The notes: generated from the sequence alone by a model not told the origin. 64,000 nt of DNA from an uncultured cyanobacterium (GCA_963793265.1 CAWBZI010000006.1:448001-512000), one strand, 5' to 3'; counted from the first letter of the stretch, positions 17,564 through 27,644 are shown. Translations and numbers: made by a program.

Positions 17564-19588
17564 TTGGCGTTTGGAGATGGGTTCGCGCTTAAAGGTGCGG
17601 CTCCAGCCATTGTAAATGGCGGGGCACTGAAGACCGCAGTCGTTTTGGAGGACGGATTCTATTTTGGCGACGCGGGTGCTGTAACAGAATCGCTGCAAAG
17701 CCGAACAGTTAACGTAATTGACTCAATAGGTCTCGTGGTTCTACCTCAGACTTATCTTCTCACACTAACAAACTCTAAATCCGCCATTCATATGCTGATT
17801 GACGTATTAGAACACGAAGATTCTTATGTGCGCGGGCAAGCAGTAGATGCGCTGGGGCAGCTCGGTAGTGAGGCTGCCATTCCTGGATTGATTGGCGCAC
17901 TAGAACACGAAGATTCTTATGTGCGTAGGCAAGCGGTGGTAGCGTTAGGGCGGCTCGGTAGTGAGGCTGCCATTCCTGGATTGATTGATGCACTAGAACA
18001 AGAAGATTTTTATGTGCGCGGGCAAGCGGCAGAAGCGTTAGGGCGGCTCGGTAGTGAGGCTGCCATTCCTGGATTGATTGGCGCACTAGAACACAAAAAT
18101 TCTGATATACGCAGTAAAGCGGTGGTAGCGCTGAGCAAGTTAGGAGACGTTCGTGTGGTCGATTTTCTGATAAAGACAATTAGATACCGAGGCGTAGATA
18201 ATCGCAGAGAATCTGCCTATTTTCTTGGAATATTGACTGAATCTGCTTCGCTATCTCTTTTAGACGAAGCTCTTATTATCAAAGCTCTCGTAGAAGCACT
18301 TGATGATAAATACTTAACCGTTCGCAGGGCCGCGATGCAGACTTTAGTGCAATGGAGCAACTCAAGGTCAATCACAATACTCCAACAATCTCTTCCTAAT
18401 TCAAGCTACACAGATGCTTTTCAGGCATTGGCCGGAATTCAAGAAAAATGTAAGTTCTACAGCTATGACCTCACGCAAACGCTAGTTCCTGCTTCTATCA
18501 AAGAAAACATTATCCAAATAGTGCCGGAAAATCCTTCCGCGCATTCACCCATGACTATAATAAACGTTCTTCATCTGTCTGATCTCCACTTTGGCACCGT
18601 CAAAGCCGCCACGCTTTGGGCCAATCAGCTCGCCACGGATCTTAGCAACGAACTCTCACTCAACACTATTGATACGCTCATTCTCTCTGGTGACATCGCT
18701 AACTACGCCACCCCCGAAGAATATACCGTTGCTCAAAGCTTTATAGAAAGCATTCGACAAGACCTTCAGCTTTCTCCTAACCAGATCATTATTGTTCCTG
18801 GCAATCACGACCTTAGCTGGGATGCTACAGATCCAGAGAGGAACGAAGAAGCTGCCTACAAACTTAAATTCCGTAGCCGTTACACACCAGAAGAGCTGAG
18901 TAGAGAGAACTTTATTCCAGATGGAGAACGCTTTGTTTTAGTCCGCAACGACGATCAATACAAACAACGCTTCGCTAACTTCAACACCTTCTACCAAATC
19001 ATCAAAGGCGTCCCCTACCCTCTCGACTACGCTCAGCAATACACCCTAGACCACCTCCCCCAACAAAATCTCCTTATCCTCGGCCTCAACTCTGCCTGGA
19101 ACCTTGACCACCACTTCAAAGATCGCGTCAGCATCCACCCCGAAGCCCTCACCAACGCCCTCACCAAAATTCGCCGCAACGCTGACAAATACTCTAATTG
19201 CCGCAAAATCGCCGTCTGGCATCATCCCCTCGATAGCCCCTACACAGACCGCATCACCGATCAAAGTTTTCTCGAACAGCTCGCCGTCGCCGGATTTCGC
19301 CTCTTCCTCCACGGCCACATTCACAAAGCCGAAACCAATCAGTTCCGCTATGACATGAGCACAGGCGGCAGAAAACTCGACCGAATCTGCGCAGGCACCT
19401 TTGGCGCACCCACCCACGAACTCACAACCGCTACTCCCTGGCAATACAACCTGCTCCAGTTCAAAGGCAACACCCTCACCGTCCGCACCCGTAAGCGAGA
19501 AAGCGAAAATGGCGCATGGAAGCCTGATACTCGCTGGCTGCAAGGGCCAGGTAAACCAGCATTAGATTACTACACCATAGATCTGTAA
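17564..19588 (+). CDS. HEAT-repeat + calcineurin-like metallophosphoesterase protein, probably 5'-truncated
   Basis: 31-aa HEAT repeats; LHLSDLHFG, SGDI, VPGNHD, WHHP, LHGHIH motifs. Start uncertain (internal ATGs at 17792 and 18551). Confidence 0.8.
   Translation: MAFGDGFALKGAAPAIVNGGALKTAVVLEDGFYFGDAGAVTESLQSRTVNVIDSIGLVVLPQTYLLTLTNSKSAIHMLIDVLEHEDSYVRGQAVDALGQLGSEAAIPGLIGALEHEDSYVRRQAVVALGRLGSEAAIPGLIDALEQEDFYVRGQAAEALGRLGSEAAIPGLIGALEHKNSDIRSKAVVALSKLGDVRVVDFLIKTIRYRGVDNRRESAYFLGILTESASLSLLDEALIIKALVEALDDKYLTVRRAAMQTLVQWSNSRSITILQQSLPNSSYTDAFQALAGIQEKCKFYSYDLTQTLVPASIKENIIQIVPENPSAHSPMTIINVLHLSDLHFGTVKAATLWANQLATDLSNELSLNTIDTLILSGDIANYATPEEYTVAQSFIESIRQDLQLSPNQIIIVPGNHDLSWDATDPERNEEAAYKLKFRSRYTPEELSRENFIPDGERFVLVRNDDQYKQRFANFNTFYQIIKGVPYPLDYAQQYTLDHLPQQNLLILGLNSAWNLDHHFKDRVSIHPEALTNALTKIRRNADKYSNCRKIAVWHHPLDSPYTDRITDQSFLEQLAVAGFRLFLHGHIHKAETNQFRYDMSTGGRKLDRICAGTFGAPTHELTTATPWQYNLLQFKGNTLTVRTRKRESENGAWKPDTRWLQGPGKPALDYYTIDL
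17783..18143 (+). repeat. Near-identical 93-bp tandem repeats (about 4 units) encoding HEAT repeats
   Basis: Units start GCCATTC at 17783, 17876, 17969 and 18062. Confidence 0.92.
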
Positions 19589-19650
19589 AGGACACAGCCC
19601 CAGTTCTCGCTAAGATTTAGAATGGATACGCTGATGCCTTAAGGAGATTT

Positions 19651-19953
19651 ATGAAAAGCATAGAAAGCCGAGTACATGTCAAGACCGCTGTCCAGGCAGC
19701 CATTGACTACATTAAAGACTTATATGCAGGCAAAGCGTTACAGGACTTGCTGCTCGAAGAAGTTGAATTTTCAGAAGCAACGAACCAGTGGCTCGTCACT
19801 ATAGGCTTTTCACTAGCAGAAGAGAAAGAAAAAACTACGACCCTAATCACACCGAATAGAACAGGCCGAGAACTGTCGCGCCGATATAAGGTCGTCGAAA
19901 TTGATGCGCTAACAGGTGAAGCTATATCAATGAAAATAAGGGTTCTACAGTAG
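19651..19953 (+). CDS. Small protein upstream of a PIN gene (putative antitoxin)
   Basis: AAGGAG RBS; LLLEEVEF...WLVTIGF...YKVVEIDALTGEAISMKIR; 12 bp upstream of the PIN gene. Confidence 0.65.
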   Translation: MKSIESRVHVKTAVQAAIDYIKDLYAGKALQDLLLEEVEFSEATNQWLVTIGFSLAEEKEKTTTLITPNRTGRELSRRYKVVEIDALTGEAISMKIRVLQ

Positions 19954-19965
19954 AAAGGCATCTCA

Positions 19966-20445
19966 ATGCGCTGTACAACCCTTTTACTAGATACCAATCT
20001 GTTGCTACTCCTATTTATAGGCGGCAAAGATCCGTCACTCATCCCAAAAGCAAAAACGCTCGCAGCATTCACCAGCGAAGATTACGACCTCCTTGAAGGG
20101 GTTATAAATAAAAACTCGTTCAATCGCCTCGTCACCACACCACATATCATGACCGAGGTATCCAATCTGCTTGGCAAAGAGCGCAGTAATATTCAAAGAT
20201 TGGGTAGAGAGGCTATGGCTGAGTTTCTCAGCAAGTGCACAGAGCATACTGATAGTTCTGCGCTCTTAGTATCCGACCCAGTATTTAATAGATTGGGGCT
20301 GACCGATGTGGCGATCGCTATTGCCTCAAGACTGCCTGCTTTCGTTTTAACCGCTGACGCAGCTTTATATCTACACATAAGTAGCTCTGGCCTAGAGGCT
20401 GAGAACTTCAATCACATACGGCAGGGTGCGTGGAGCTATCAGTAA
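19966..20445 (+). CDS. PIN-domain ribonuclease (VapC-like toxin)
   Basis: LLLDTN, TEVSNL, LGLTD, VLTAD acidic tetrad. Confidence 0.82.
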   Translation: MRCTTLLLDTNLLLLLFIGGKDPSLIPKAKTLAAFTSEDYDLLEGVINKNSFNRLVTTPHIMTEVSNLLGKERSNIQRLGREAMAEFLSKCTEHTDSSALLVSDPVFNRLGLTDVAIAIASRLPAFVLTADAALYLHISSSGLEAENFNHIRQGAWSYQ

Positions 20446-20523
20446 GTCATTAACAAATTAAGCAGGGCTACTGAGAAGCTAAAGCCAAACGTCAGTTAGC
20501 GGTATGATCTGAAAAACTGAACA

Positions 20524-21057
20524 ATGCAAAACCGATACGCAATGGAACTGGCTGAAGACTATATGGGCAACGTGAGCGAAAGTGCTGATATTGCCAGGCG
20601 GGTGATGCAGTTTCAGCGAGAAGGGCGCTGCTTGGAAGTGGAAGTTGGGAGGAGCGATCGCACCAAAGGCCGCATTCTCACACAAACGCTTTCTGGAAAA
20701 TCTGTCGGTATTGTAAAAGGCCGAGACTGGCCGCTGCGAGAGGGAGACGTGTTCTCTACAGTAAAACGGAATTTGGTATTGGTAAGCCTCAAGCAGCAGC
20801 AGGTGATGGCGATTCGGATGGAGGAAGGAGCGAGCAATGGGGCGATCGCGCTACTACACTTGGGGCATGCGATGGGCAACCAGCACTGGCCAGTCACCAC
20901 ACAGGGCGAAACGCTGTATGTAGAGCTAGTCACAGAGGCCGCGCAGATGGAAAAGACACTGCGCAAGCTATCGGACGCTTTAGGCATTAGAGGACTAAAC
21001 ATTAGCTTTGAAACTCAATCTGACAACCTGAACTTCTCTACGGGTCACGCTCATTAA
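20524..21057 (+). CDS. ureE: Urease accessory protein UreE
   Basis: LREGDV, LGHAMGNQHWP, C-terminal GHAH; adjacent to ureF. Confidence 0.85.
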   Translation: MQNRYAMELAEDYMGNVSESADIARRVMQFQREGRCLEVEVGRSDRTKGRILTQTLSGKSVGIVKGRDWPLREGDVFSTVKRNLVLVSLKQQQVMAIRMEEGASNGAIALLHLGHAMGNQHWPVTTQGETLYVELVTEAAQMEKTLRKLSDALGIRGLNISFETQSDNLNFSTGHAH

Positions 21058-21066
21058 AGCCGCGTT

Positions 21067-21762
21067 ATGAACAACACACTCGAACAACAGTTTGTGCTGA
21101 TGCAGCTAGCAGATTCCTTTTTTCCTTCTGGCTCCTATACGCTTTCGCACGGATTAGAGAGTTTGGTGCAGGCCGGGCGAGTGGCGAATGCTGAAGATGT
21201 AAAGAGTTTTGTACGGCTGCTGTTGTGCAATAAGGTGGCGGGGACTGATTTGGTTGCGATCGCCCATACCCACACAGCCAGCAAGACTAATAACATCGCT
21301 CACATCACAGCTATAGACGCTCTGCTATTTGCCCAAACGCCGATTGAAAAAACGCGCATTGCGCAGCGTCAGAGCGGGCGAGCTTTGTTAATGGTAGCCG
21401 GTAAAACCTGGCCTCATGAGCAGTTAAAAGCAATCGGTGAGCTAACGGCGACAGGAAAGATGAACTGCCTGCACCCCGTCGTATTTGCAGCAGTCGCGCA
21501 GGTAGCCGGGCTAAACCAGCAGGCAGCGCTAGTGGCCTTTGTGCATGGCTTTACAACCGGGCTATTGGGGGCGGCAATACGCTTAGGGGCCATTGGGCAC
21601 TTGCAGGCGCAGCAGATCAGGCGAGCGGTAGCAGCGGATATGGCGGCAGTCTGTGCAGAAGCGATCGCGACACCCTTGAGTGAAATGTGGTCGTGCACGC
21701 CCCTGATTGACCTGGCTCAAATGCAACAGGGAAAGCTCTCCAGGCGTTTGTTTGCGAGCTAG
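21067..21762 (+). CDS. ureF: Urease accessory protein UreF
   Basis: MQLADSFFPSGSYTLSHGLE at the N-terminus, RLFAS at the C-terminus. Confidence 0.92.
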   Translation: MNNTLEQQFVLMQLADSFFPSGSYTLSHGLESLVQAGRVANAEDVKSFVRLLLCNKVAGTDLVAIAHTHTASKTNNIAHITAIDALLFAQTPIEKTRIAQRQSGRALLMVAGKTWPHEQLKAIGELTATGKMNCLHPVVFAAVAQVAGLNQQAALVAFVHGFTTGLLGAAIRLGAIGHLQAQQIRRAVAADMAAVCAEAIATPLSEMWSCTPLIDLAQMQQGKLSRRLFAS

Positions 21763-21920
21763 TGACTCAACAGCCGTGCAAGCCCCAAAAGATAGAAAAA
21801 CATCGTAATGCTGTAGTTTTATGACGATATTGCATCGTGAGCTTGCATTTAGCTTCATATGAAGCGCTTAATCTATGTAGAGTCGCTAACGTTAGCAGGT
21901 AGCCGTTATAGAAAACGGCT

Positions 21921-22583
21921 ATGCAAATATACGAACGAATATATACAGTTGAGTATCATTTCATGGGTGCAGATGAACTAGACGAAAGACTAAAACGAAT
22001 CGCTGCTGTTGCTCAGCACTATCCAAAAGGTAGCCAGGGTCGAAACAAGGCAATCTCACGCTTGTTAATGGCGGTAGAACGCTCAGAAAGGCTTTGTTAC
22101 AGTGACCAAAGCAGCTATTCTGTCGAGGTTTATCACGAAGCGATGCAGGCGCTGCGGCTATATGTTTTTAAGCATATTGATGCTTACGATCCGTCTCGAA
22201 CAAAGATATTAGCATGGCTAAATAAGAAGCTGGATATCGCCCTTAAAGAGGCGATCGCCCTTCATTTAAAACGACAGCACCATCAGGCCACCTTAGAAGA
22301 GGATGCGCTACCTAAAGCTGAATGCCCTAGCCCTTATAATCCATTGCTCTCAGTCCAGGTTCGACAGATTATTGAGGACGATCCCGACGACATTTTTAAG
22401 CAGCGGCACGTAAGAGGACGACCCGAGGTGAACTTTAGAGCGATCGCACTTAAGACCTGCTCAGGCTACAGCCGCCGCGAAATTGCAGCAGAGCTGGGCC
22501 TTCAAGAACAAACGCTGTACAGCTTCTTCACCAGATCTTGCAAGTCTCTAAAGCCCCTGTTCGATAGATATCTCAAAGAATAG
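21921..22583 (+). CDS. Sigma-70 family (ECF/HetZ-like) factor
   Basis: YHEAMQ...IDAYDP...WLN region-2-like segment; C-terminal HTH SRREIAAELGLQEQTLYSF. Start may be 21963. Confidence 0.7.
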   Translation: MQIYERIYTVEYHFMGADELDERLKRIAAVAQHYPKGSQGRNKAISRLLMAVERSERLCYSDQSSYSVEVYHEAMQALRLYVFKHIDAYDPSRTKILAWLNKKLDIALKEAIALHLKRQHHQATLEEDALPKAECPSPYNPLLSVQVRQIIEDDPDDIFKQRHVRGRPEVNFRAIALKTCSGYSRREIAAELGLQEQTLYSFFTRSCKSLKPLFDRYLKE

Positions 22584-22643
22584 AGTATTAAACATTCAGC
22601 CATTGCCTAGCTTCTTTGCTAAACCCAAACTACAAGAATGTAA

Positions 22644-23585
22644 ATGATTGACCGTCATGACCTCACGTACGGAACCCTCGCCTTGGAGGAAGCGCTGACC
22701 TTCACCGTAAACTTTCCGGGGGCCGTACTCGCACAAGCTGAGAGGGTTTGCCAGCAGTATCTGTTACAGCAAAAAGCGCAGGCGGCTTATCTAAACGCAC
22801 TGGCTCTGTATGCAGTCAGTTTCTATTGCGACTGTCTGGACGTTGAAAATCACCTGCCTAATAGCAATAGTACGAAGCTGGCGCTGCAAGTACTCACAGG
22901 CACAGCCGAGCTAATTACGGCAGATGGCACCCTGATATGCTGCTCAGTCTTACCAGGAAGCAAAGCCTGCTATATTCCGCCTAATATAGACGTTAACGCA
23001 GTAGGTTGTGTTGTTGTTGAGGTAGATACCGACCGCAATCAGGCAGTACTGATAGGGTTCACCTCTGCTGTGAATGAGGGCGAGCTGCCAATCCATCAGC
23101 TTCAGCCGTTAGAAGCCCTCATCGACCGGCTGATTGTGGAGGAGGAATTCGCTCTATCTTCAGCGCCCACTGAACTAAACCGTTGGTTTGAAGATAGCTT
23201 TGGCCGTGGATGGCAGCATCCAAAAGCCGTCTTAGCAGCTAGCCACCGAAGCAGCGACGAAGGCGGCATTATTGATGTCGGTACGGCCAGGCTTAGAGCG
23301 AAAACTTTGGCCATTGGGGTGTATCAGCTAGTGCTGGTAGTTCAAATTGATAGGATAAGTAACGGCTTAGAGATCGCAATGAGCGTTCATCCAATCCTGA
23401 ATCAAGTTCTGCCCGTGGGGTTAAAACTAGAGCTTTTGAACGATCGCGATGAGACTGATGTGAGAATGACAGTCAGTGAAAATGACAATTACCTGTCGCT
23501 GACGTTCCAAATCGATCTTAATGAAGCCTTTAGCGTACGAATAACTGTTGCAGATCAAAGTGTGAAAGAACGGTTTATAAGCTAG
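22644..23585 (+). CDS. DUF1822 family protein
   Basis: AYLNALALYAV, CVVVEVD...AVLIGF, LNRWFEDSFGRGWQ, LPVGLKLELL, FSVRI...ERF. Confidence 0.8.
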   Translation: MIDRHDLTYGTLALEEALTFTVNFPGAVLAQAERVCQQYLLQQKAQAAYLNALALYAVSFYCDCLDVENHLPNSNSTKLALQVLTGTAELITADGTLICCSVLPGSKACYIPPNIDVNAVGCVVVEVDTDRNQAVLIGFTSAVNEGELPIHQLQPLEALIDRLIVEEEFALSSAPTELNRWFEDSFGRGWQHPKAVLAASHRSSDEGGIIDVGTARLRAKTLAIGVYQLVLVVQIDRISNGLEIAMSVHPILNQVLPVGLKLELLNDRDETDVRMTVSENDNYLSLTFQIDLNEAFSVRITVADQSVKERFIS

Positions 23586-23619
23586 GGCAACGGGTGAGGG
23601 CAACAAAGCGGCGAAAACA

Positions 23620-25860
23620 ATGTCAAGGATAGAGCTAATTTTACGAAGGTCGAGCAATACCGACGCCTACGATGCCGATTTAGTCATTTTTGACGAGCAT
23701 GGAAACCCTTCTCAGGTGGTCGATTCACTCGCCCCAATGCCCGCCGAGCTAAAGCGATCTATTGAAAAATGGCAGCAGTCTTTTTCTCAGCTTGTGGGCA
23801 CACGCAGGGGCACCATCAGACCGGGAAAGATGGTTTATGGCAACTGTTCTAACCATGCTGAAGCGGTTAGACATCAGGCGCTCTGCTGGCTGTCTTCGCA
23901 GGAAAGCTGGCAGCGATTACAGGCGTATACGCAGCAGCTTGTCTCTGAGGGCGAAGAAGTTCAGGTAAATATTCAGACGGTGGATGAAAAGCTCCGCTTG
24001 CTGCCCTGGAATGAGATGTTTTCTTCTCATCATCGCTATGTAGAAACCTCCATTAGCTTAGCCAGGGAATTTCGCCGTCAGGGCTGTCTGCGGGTGCAGC
24101 CCAAGGTAAGGATATTGGCGGTGTTGGGGAGTCCGGGTGAGCCGGATTTGATGGGTTGTGATGAAGGTAGGTTGCGATCGCCCAGTCCCATAGACATCAG
24201 ATTTGATGGGCAGCTCATAGAACAAACCCGGCTGCGAGGATCCACTATTAAAACCCTAAATCAGCCGACGGCTAAGGAGCTGAAGTCTGCACTGCGAGAG
24301 GCCCAAGGCTGGCATATTTTCTTTTTTGCCGGTCATAGCAAAAGCCAGCAGGACAAAACCCTGGGCTCAGTTGTATTGAACGGGCAGGAGGAGCCGCTGA
24401 AAATAGACGAGCTAACGCATGAGCTAAGCATTGCGATTGAAAATGGCTTGCAGATTGCAATCTTCAACTCTTGTGATGGCTTGGGGCTCGCTAAGCAGCT
24501 CTGTGATCTCAATTTGCCGCAAAGTATTGTAATGCGAGAGCCAGTGCCCGACGATGTGGCCAAAGACTTTTTACAACAGTTTTTAGCTGCGTTCTCTAAT
24601 CATCAGTCGCTGTTTGAGTCAGTGCGCCGTGCCAGAGAATATTTAAAGGCAGAGTGGGACGCGCCCGATCGCTACCCAGGCGCAAGCTGGCTGCCAACAA
24701 TCGTGCGCAATCCAGCCGCAAGCGTGCCGCTGTGGAGTGATTTTGTCTCCGAGTCACCGCTATCTAGACGACAGCTATGGCCGCTGGCCGCTGTGATGAT
24801 GATGGCAGTAGTAAGTTTGCCGCTCAGTTTGTACCTGGAGTTCAGCAGCGAGTTGGGCACTAGTCCGAATCTGCCCAAGCCTGCATACATCTACTATGCG
24901 CAGCTCTATCCACACATTGTTCTGTATCCACCGCTGTTTTTGTGGGCGGCCTACTACGCGCTATACAAGGCATGGTGCCAAATTAGAACCCGGCCCAATC
25001 TCTGGCGACAGATTGCTTTTTGCCTGGCGATTGGCAGCATTGTGCTGAGTATAGAGGCGACTTCCGATAATATGATGTTTTTGGAGCTGCGATCGCAAGC
25101 TGAATCAATAGCCGAAATTAAGCCCGAGCTTGCCGAAAAGATTTCAACGGTTCCTAAGTCAATTATTGACACGGCTCCGCTTATCAATAGCCGTAAAAAT
25201 GAAATCACAATCAGAAAAACAGATTTAGAACGGGCGCTAGAGAACTTTAAGCATCTACGGCGAAAGAACGGGGTGCTCAGCGATAGTCAAGTCTCTGCCT
25301 ACCATGAATTTATGAAGACAGGTCTGGCATATGACACCTGGAAAGGCGAGCATATGTTCTCTATGAGTAGAACAGCCTACTTGGTGTCTTCGGCTGCTAT
25401 GATTCTAGCAATACTGGCCTCTATTGTTCTTTGGCAAGAGATTGGCAAGCGGCACGTTTTCAATGCCGGACAGTACGTCCGCTACATTATTACAACAGAG
25501 GTGATACTGCTGTTTTGGTTTCCTTTGCGGCTGTATCACAACAGAGCCACAGCGGGCGATATATTCGGCAATTCAGGTGCTTTAAGGGGATTAGATGTTA
25601 TTGCTTATCCTATTTTGATGGCTGTTTTACTCACCAGTCTTTACAAATCACGCAAATTCAACGCTAATTTTATGACAGGCGTCTCCTGTCTACTAATCAT
25701 GTTTGTGTTCCTATCTTTCGGCATTGCCCAGCCTCAGCTTGTTAGCCTATTTTTTGGTACAGCTAGCTCTCCGATTACCTGGGTAGTGTGGCCGCTACTG
25801 GTGCTAGCTAGCATTTACATCGCTCACTCCGACGCTCTCACCACCAAAGCAAAACGTTGA
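23620..25860 (+). CDS. CHAT (caspase-like) protease domain fused to a multi-pass membrane C-terminus
   Basis: LLPW, IFFFAGHS (catalytic His), IFNSCDG (catalytic Cys), VMREPVPD; about 8 hydrophobic helices in the C-terminal half. Confidence 0.85.
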   Translation: MSRIELILRRSSNTDAYDADLVIFDEHGNPSQVVDSLAPMPAELKRSIEKWQQSFSQLVGTRRGTIRPGKMVYGNCSNHAEAVRHQALCWLSSQESWQRLQAYTQQLVSEGEEVQVNIQTVDEKLRLLPWNEMFSSHHRYVETSISLAREFRRQGCLRVQPKVRILAVLGSPGEPDLMGCDEGRLRSPSPIDIRFDGQLIEQTRLRGSTIKTLNQPTAKELKSALREAQGWHIFFFAGHSKSQQDKTLGSVVLNGQEEPLKIDELTHELSIAIENGLQIAIFNSCDGLGLAKQLCDLNLPQSIVMREPVPDDVAKDFLQQFLAAFSNHQSLFESVRRAREYLKAEWDAPDRYPGASWLPTIVRNPAASVPLWSDFVSESPLSRRQLWPLAAVMMMAVVSLPLSLYLEFSSELGTSPNLPKPAYIYYAQLYPHIVLYPPLFLWAAYYALYKAWCQIRTRPNLWRQIAFCLAIGSIVLSIEATSDNMMFLELRSQAESIAEIKPELAEKISTVPKSIIDTAPLINSRKNEITIRKTDLERALENFKHLRRKNGVLSDSQVSAYHEFMKTGLAYDTWKGEHMFSMSRTAYLVSSAAMILAILASIVLWQEIGKRHVFNAGQYVRYIITTEVILLFWFPLRLYHNRATAGDIFGNSGALRGLDVIAYPILMAVLLTSLYKSRKFNANFMTGVSCLLIMFVFLSFGIAQPQLVSLFFGTASSPITWVVWPLLVLASIYIAHSDALTTKAKR

Positions 25861-26447
25861 GAAAGGTACTATGGCTACTGATTCTCTTCTACATCCTTCC
25901 GCCCATCAGCATTACGCTCAGCGTGCTTTCTTTTGAGTCCAGGTTTGTTCTACTGCTGGCAATAGTGCCTACGCTTGCACTGATTCGGCCTAGCCAGGAA
26001 ACAACGCTTGCGGCTTTAGGTATCAGCAAAAAAGGCGTCACCAAATCGATTCGCGATATCTTTCCGGGAACGCTGCTAGTTCTACTCTTAATAGCTGTTC
26101 TTGATACAGTGGTAGACGATCGCACTCGAATAGACAACTCAGACTTATCCGTAATGTTCTACGCATTCTACGCGCTGATATCTTGTCCGGCACAAGAGTT
26201 TGTCTATCGCGGATATTTATTTCGTCTGATGGCGCTACTACAGCTTAGTAAATGGTCAAGAATCCTACTGGGGGCGCTACTCTACAGCGCTATTCATCTC
26301 TTTTATCTCAATGGCTGGACGCTTCTATTCACGCTAGTCGCCGGTATTTTCTGGAATATTTACTACGACAAGTCGAAAAACCTAGCAGGTGTTGTCGTCA
26401 GTCATATAGTCTTAGGTACGGCTATGATTAGGTTCGGCTTTGTGTAG
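25857..26447 (+). CDS. CPBP (CAAX/Abi) family intramembrane metalloprotease
   Basis: QEFVYRG, YSAIH, SH motifs; hydrophobic; 4-bp overlap with the CHAT gene. Confidence 0.85.
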   Translation: MRKVLWLLILFYILPPISITLSVLSFESRFVLLLAIVPTLALIRPSQETTLAALGISKKGVTKSIRDIFPGTLLVLLLIAVLDTVVDDRTRIDNSDLSVMFYAFYALISCPAQEFVYRGYLFRLMALLQLSKWSRILLGALLYSAIHLFYLNGWTLLFTLVAGIFWNIYYDKSKNLAGVVVSHIVLGTAMIRFGFV

Positions 26448-26458
26448 CAAATAGCAGA

Positions 26459-27382
26459 TTGCATTCAATGAGGGTCTTGCAAGTGACACATTCCCCAGTC
26501 CTAGAAGGTACACCTGGCTCTGAGATTACGGTAGATAGAGATTTGGTGCGATCGCTATTAAAAGAACAGCATTGCGATCTTGCCGAGCACTCTATACAGC
26601 CAATGGGGTCAGGATGGGACAATGCAATGTTTCGGCTAGGTGAAACAATGACCGTTCGCCTGCCCCGCCGAAAGCTCGCTGCTGGTCTTATCGAACATGA
26701 GCAGACGTGGCTACCTCAGATTGCAAACCGGCTGACGCTTCCTACACCCGTGCCGCTGAGAGTAGGCAAGCCTTCAGCGAGCTATCCCTGGCATTGGAGC
26801 GTTTTGCCGTGGATAGATGGCGAGACGGCGGATGTTGCAGAACCGAATCGTGAGCAGGCAGTGAGGTTTGGAGAGTTTTTGCGATCGCTCCACACCCCAG
26901 CGCCCACCACCGCACCAAGCAATCCGTTTCGAGGCATATCTTTGCTAGCGCGATCGCCCCAAACCCAACCCGTTCTCGAAAGGTTAGAAACTCAAACCCC
27001 TTTAATTACCCCACGTATAAAACAAATCTGGCAGGAGGCGCTCTGGGCTCCAACAACTGATGAGAAGAGATGGCTGCACGGCGATCTTCACCCGCGTAAT
27101 GTTTTAGTAAAAAAGGGTATTATCAGCGGCGTTATTGACTGGGGCGATATGACATCAGGCGACGTTGCGACCGACTTAGCTGCCGTTTGGATGCTGTTCT
27201 CGGATGTGAAAACACAAAGCCTAGCGCTTTCTCAATATGGCGCTTCTAAACTAGAGACTGTTAGAGCAAAAGGGTGGGCAATTTCTTTTGCGGTATTTCT
27301 GTTGCACACAGGGTTGATTGATAATTCAAGAAACGCAGCAATTGGCGAGAGAATTCTACAGCGATTACAGGTGGCATCCTAG
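26459..27382 (+). CDS. Aminoglycoside phosphotransferase (APH/kinase-like) family protein
   Basis: GWDN, VRLPRR, HGDLHPRNVL, VIDWGD motifs. Confidence 0.88.
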   Translation: MHSMRVLQVTHSPVLEGTPGSEITVDRDLVRSLLKEQHCDLAEHSIQPMGSGWDNAMFRLGETMTVRLPRRKLAAGLIEHEQTWLPQIANRLTLPTPVPLRVGKPSASYPWHWSVLPWIDGETADVAEPNREQAVRFGEFLRSLHTPAPTTAPSNPFRGISLLARSPQTQPVLERLETQTPLITPRIKQIWQEALWAPTTDEKRWLHGDLHPRNVLVKKGIISGVIDWGDMTSGDVATDLAAVWMLFSDVKTQSLALSQYGASKLETVRAKGWAISFAVFLLHTGLIDNSRNAAIGERILQRLQVAS

Positions 27383-27644
27383 TGCAGTAGCTCTGATAGT
27401 CTCTGGTAGGCTTTAATAGTGTACTCAAAGATGTTTTTGTGCTTATAGGGCAGCTTGCGCTAAGCACGAAGTCGCCGATTGATTCATGCCGCTGTGACAC
27501 TTAATGGGATACTCGCGAGTGTTGGCATAGATCCGAAGTGATTTTGAGAATGTTCTATCCTCAATCTATTGCTGTAATGCTGAGTGTTGGCAATCGTTGA
27601 TAGGCCGTCGTTGACAGGCTGTCTGCAGTAGGTCATGTGTGATC

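Noticed and set aside
17465..17698. 77-aa minus-strand ORF
   Set aside because: No recognisable family and it overlaps the HEAT ORF; treated only as a possible junction fragment.
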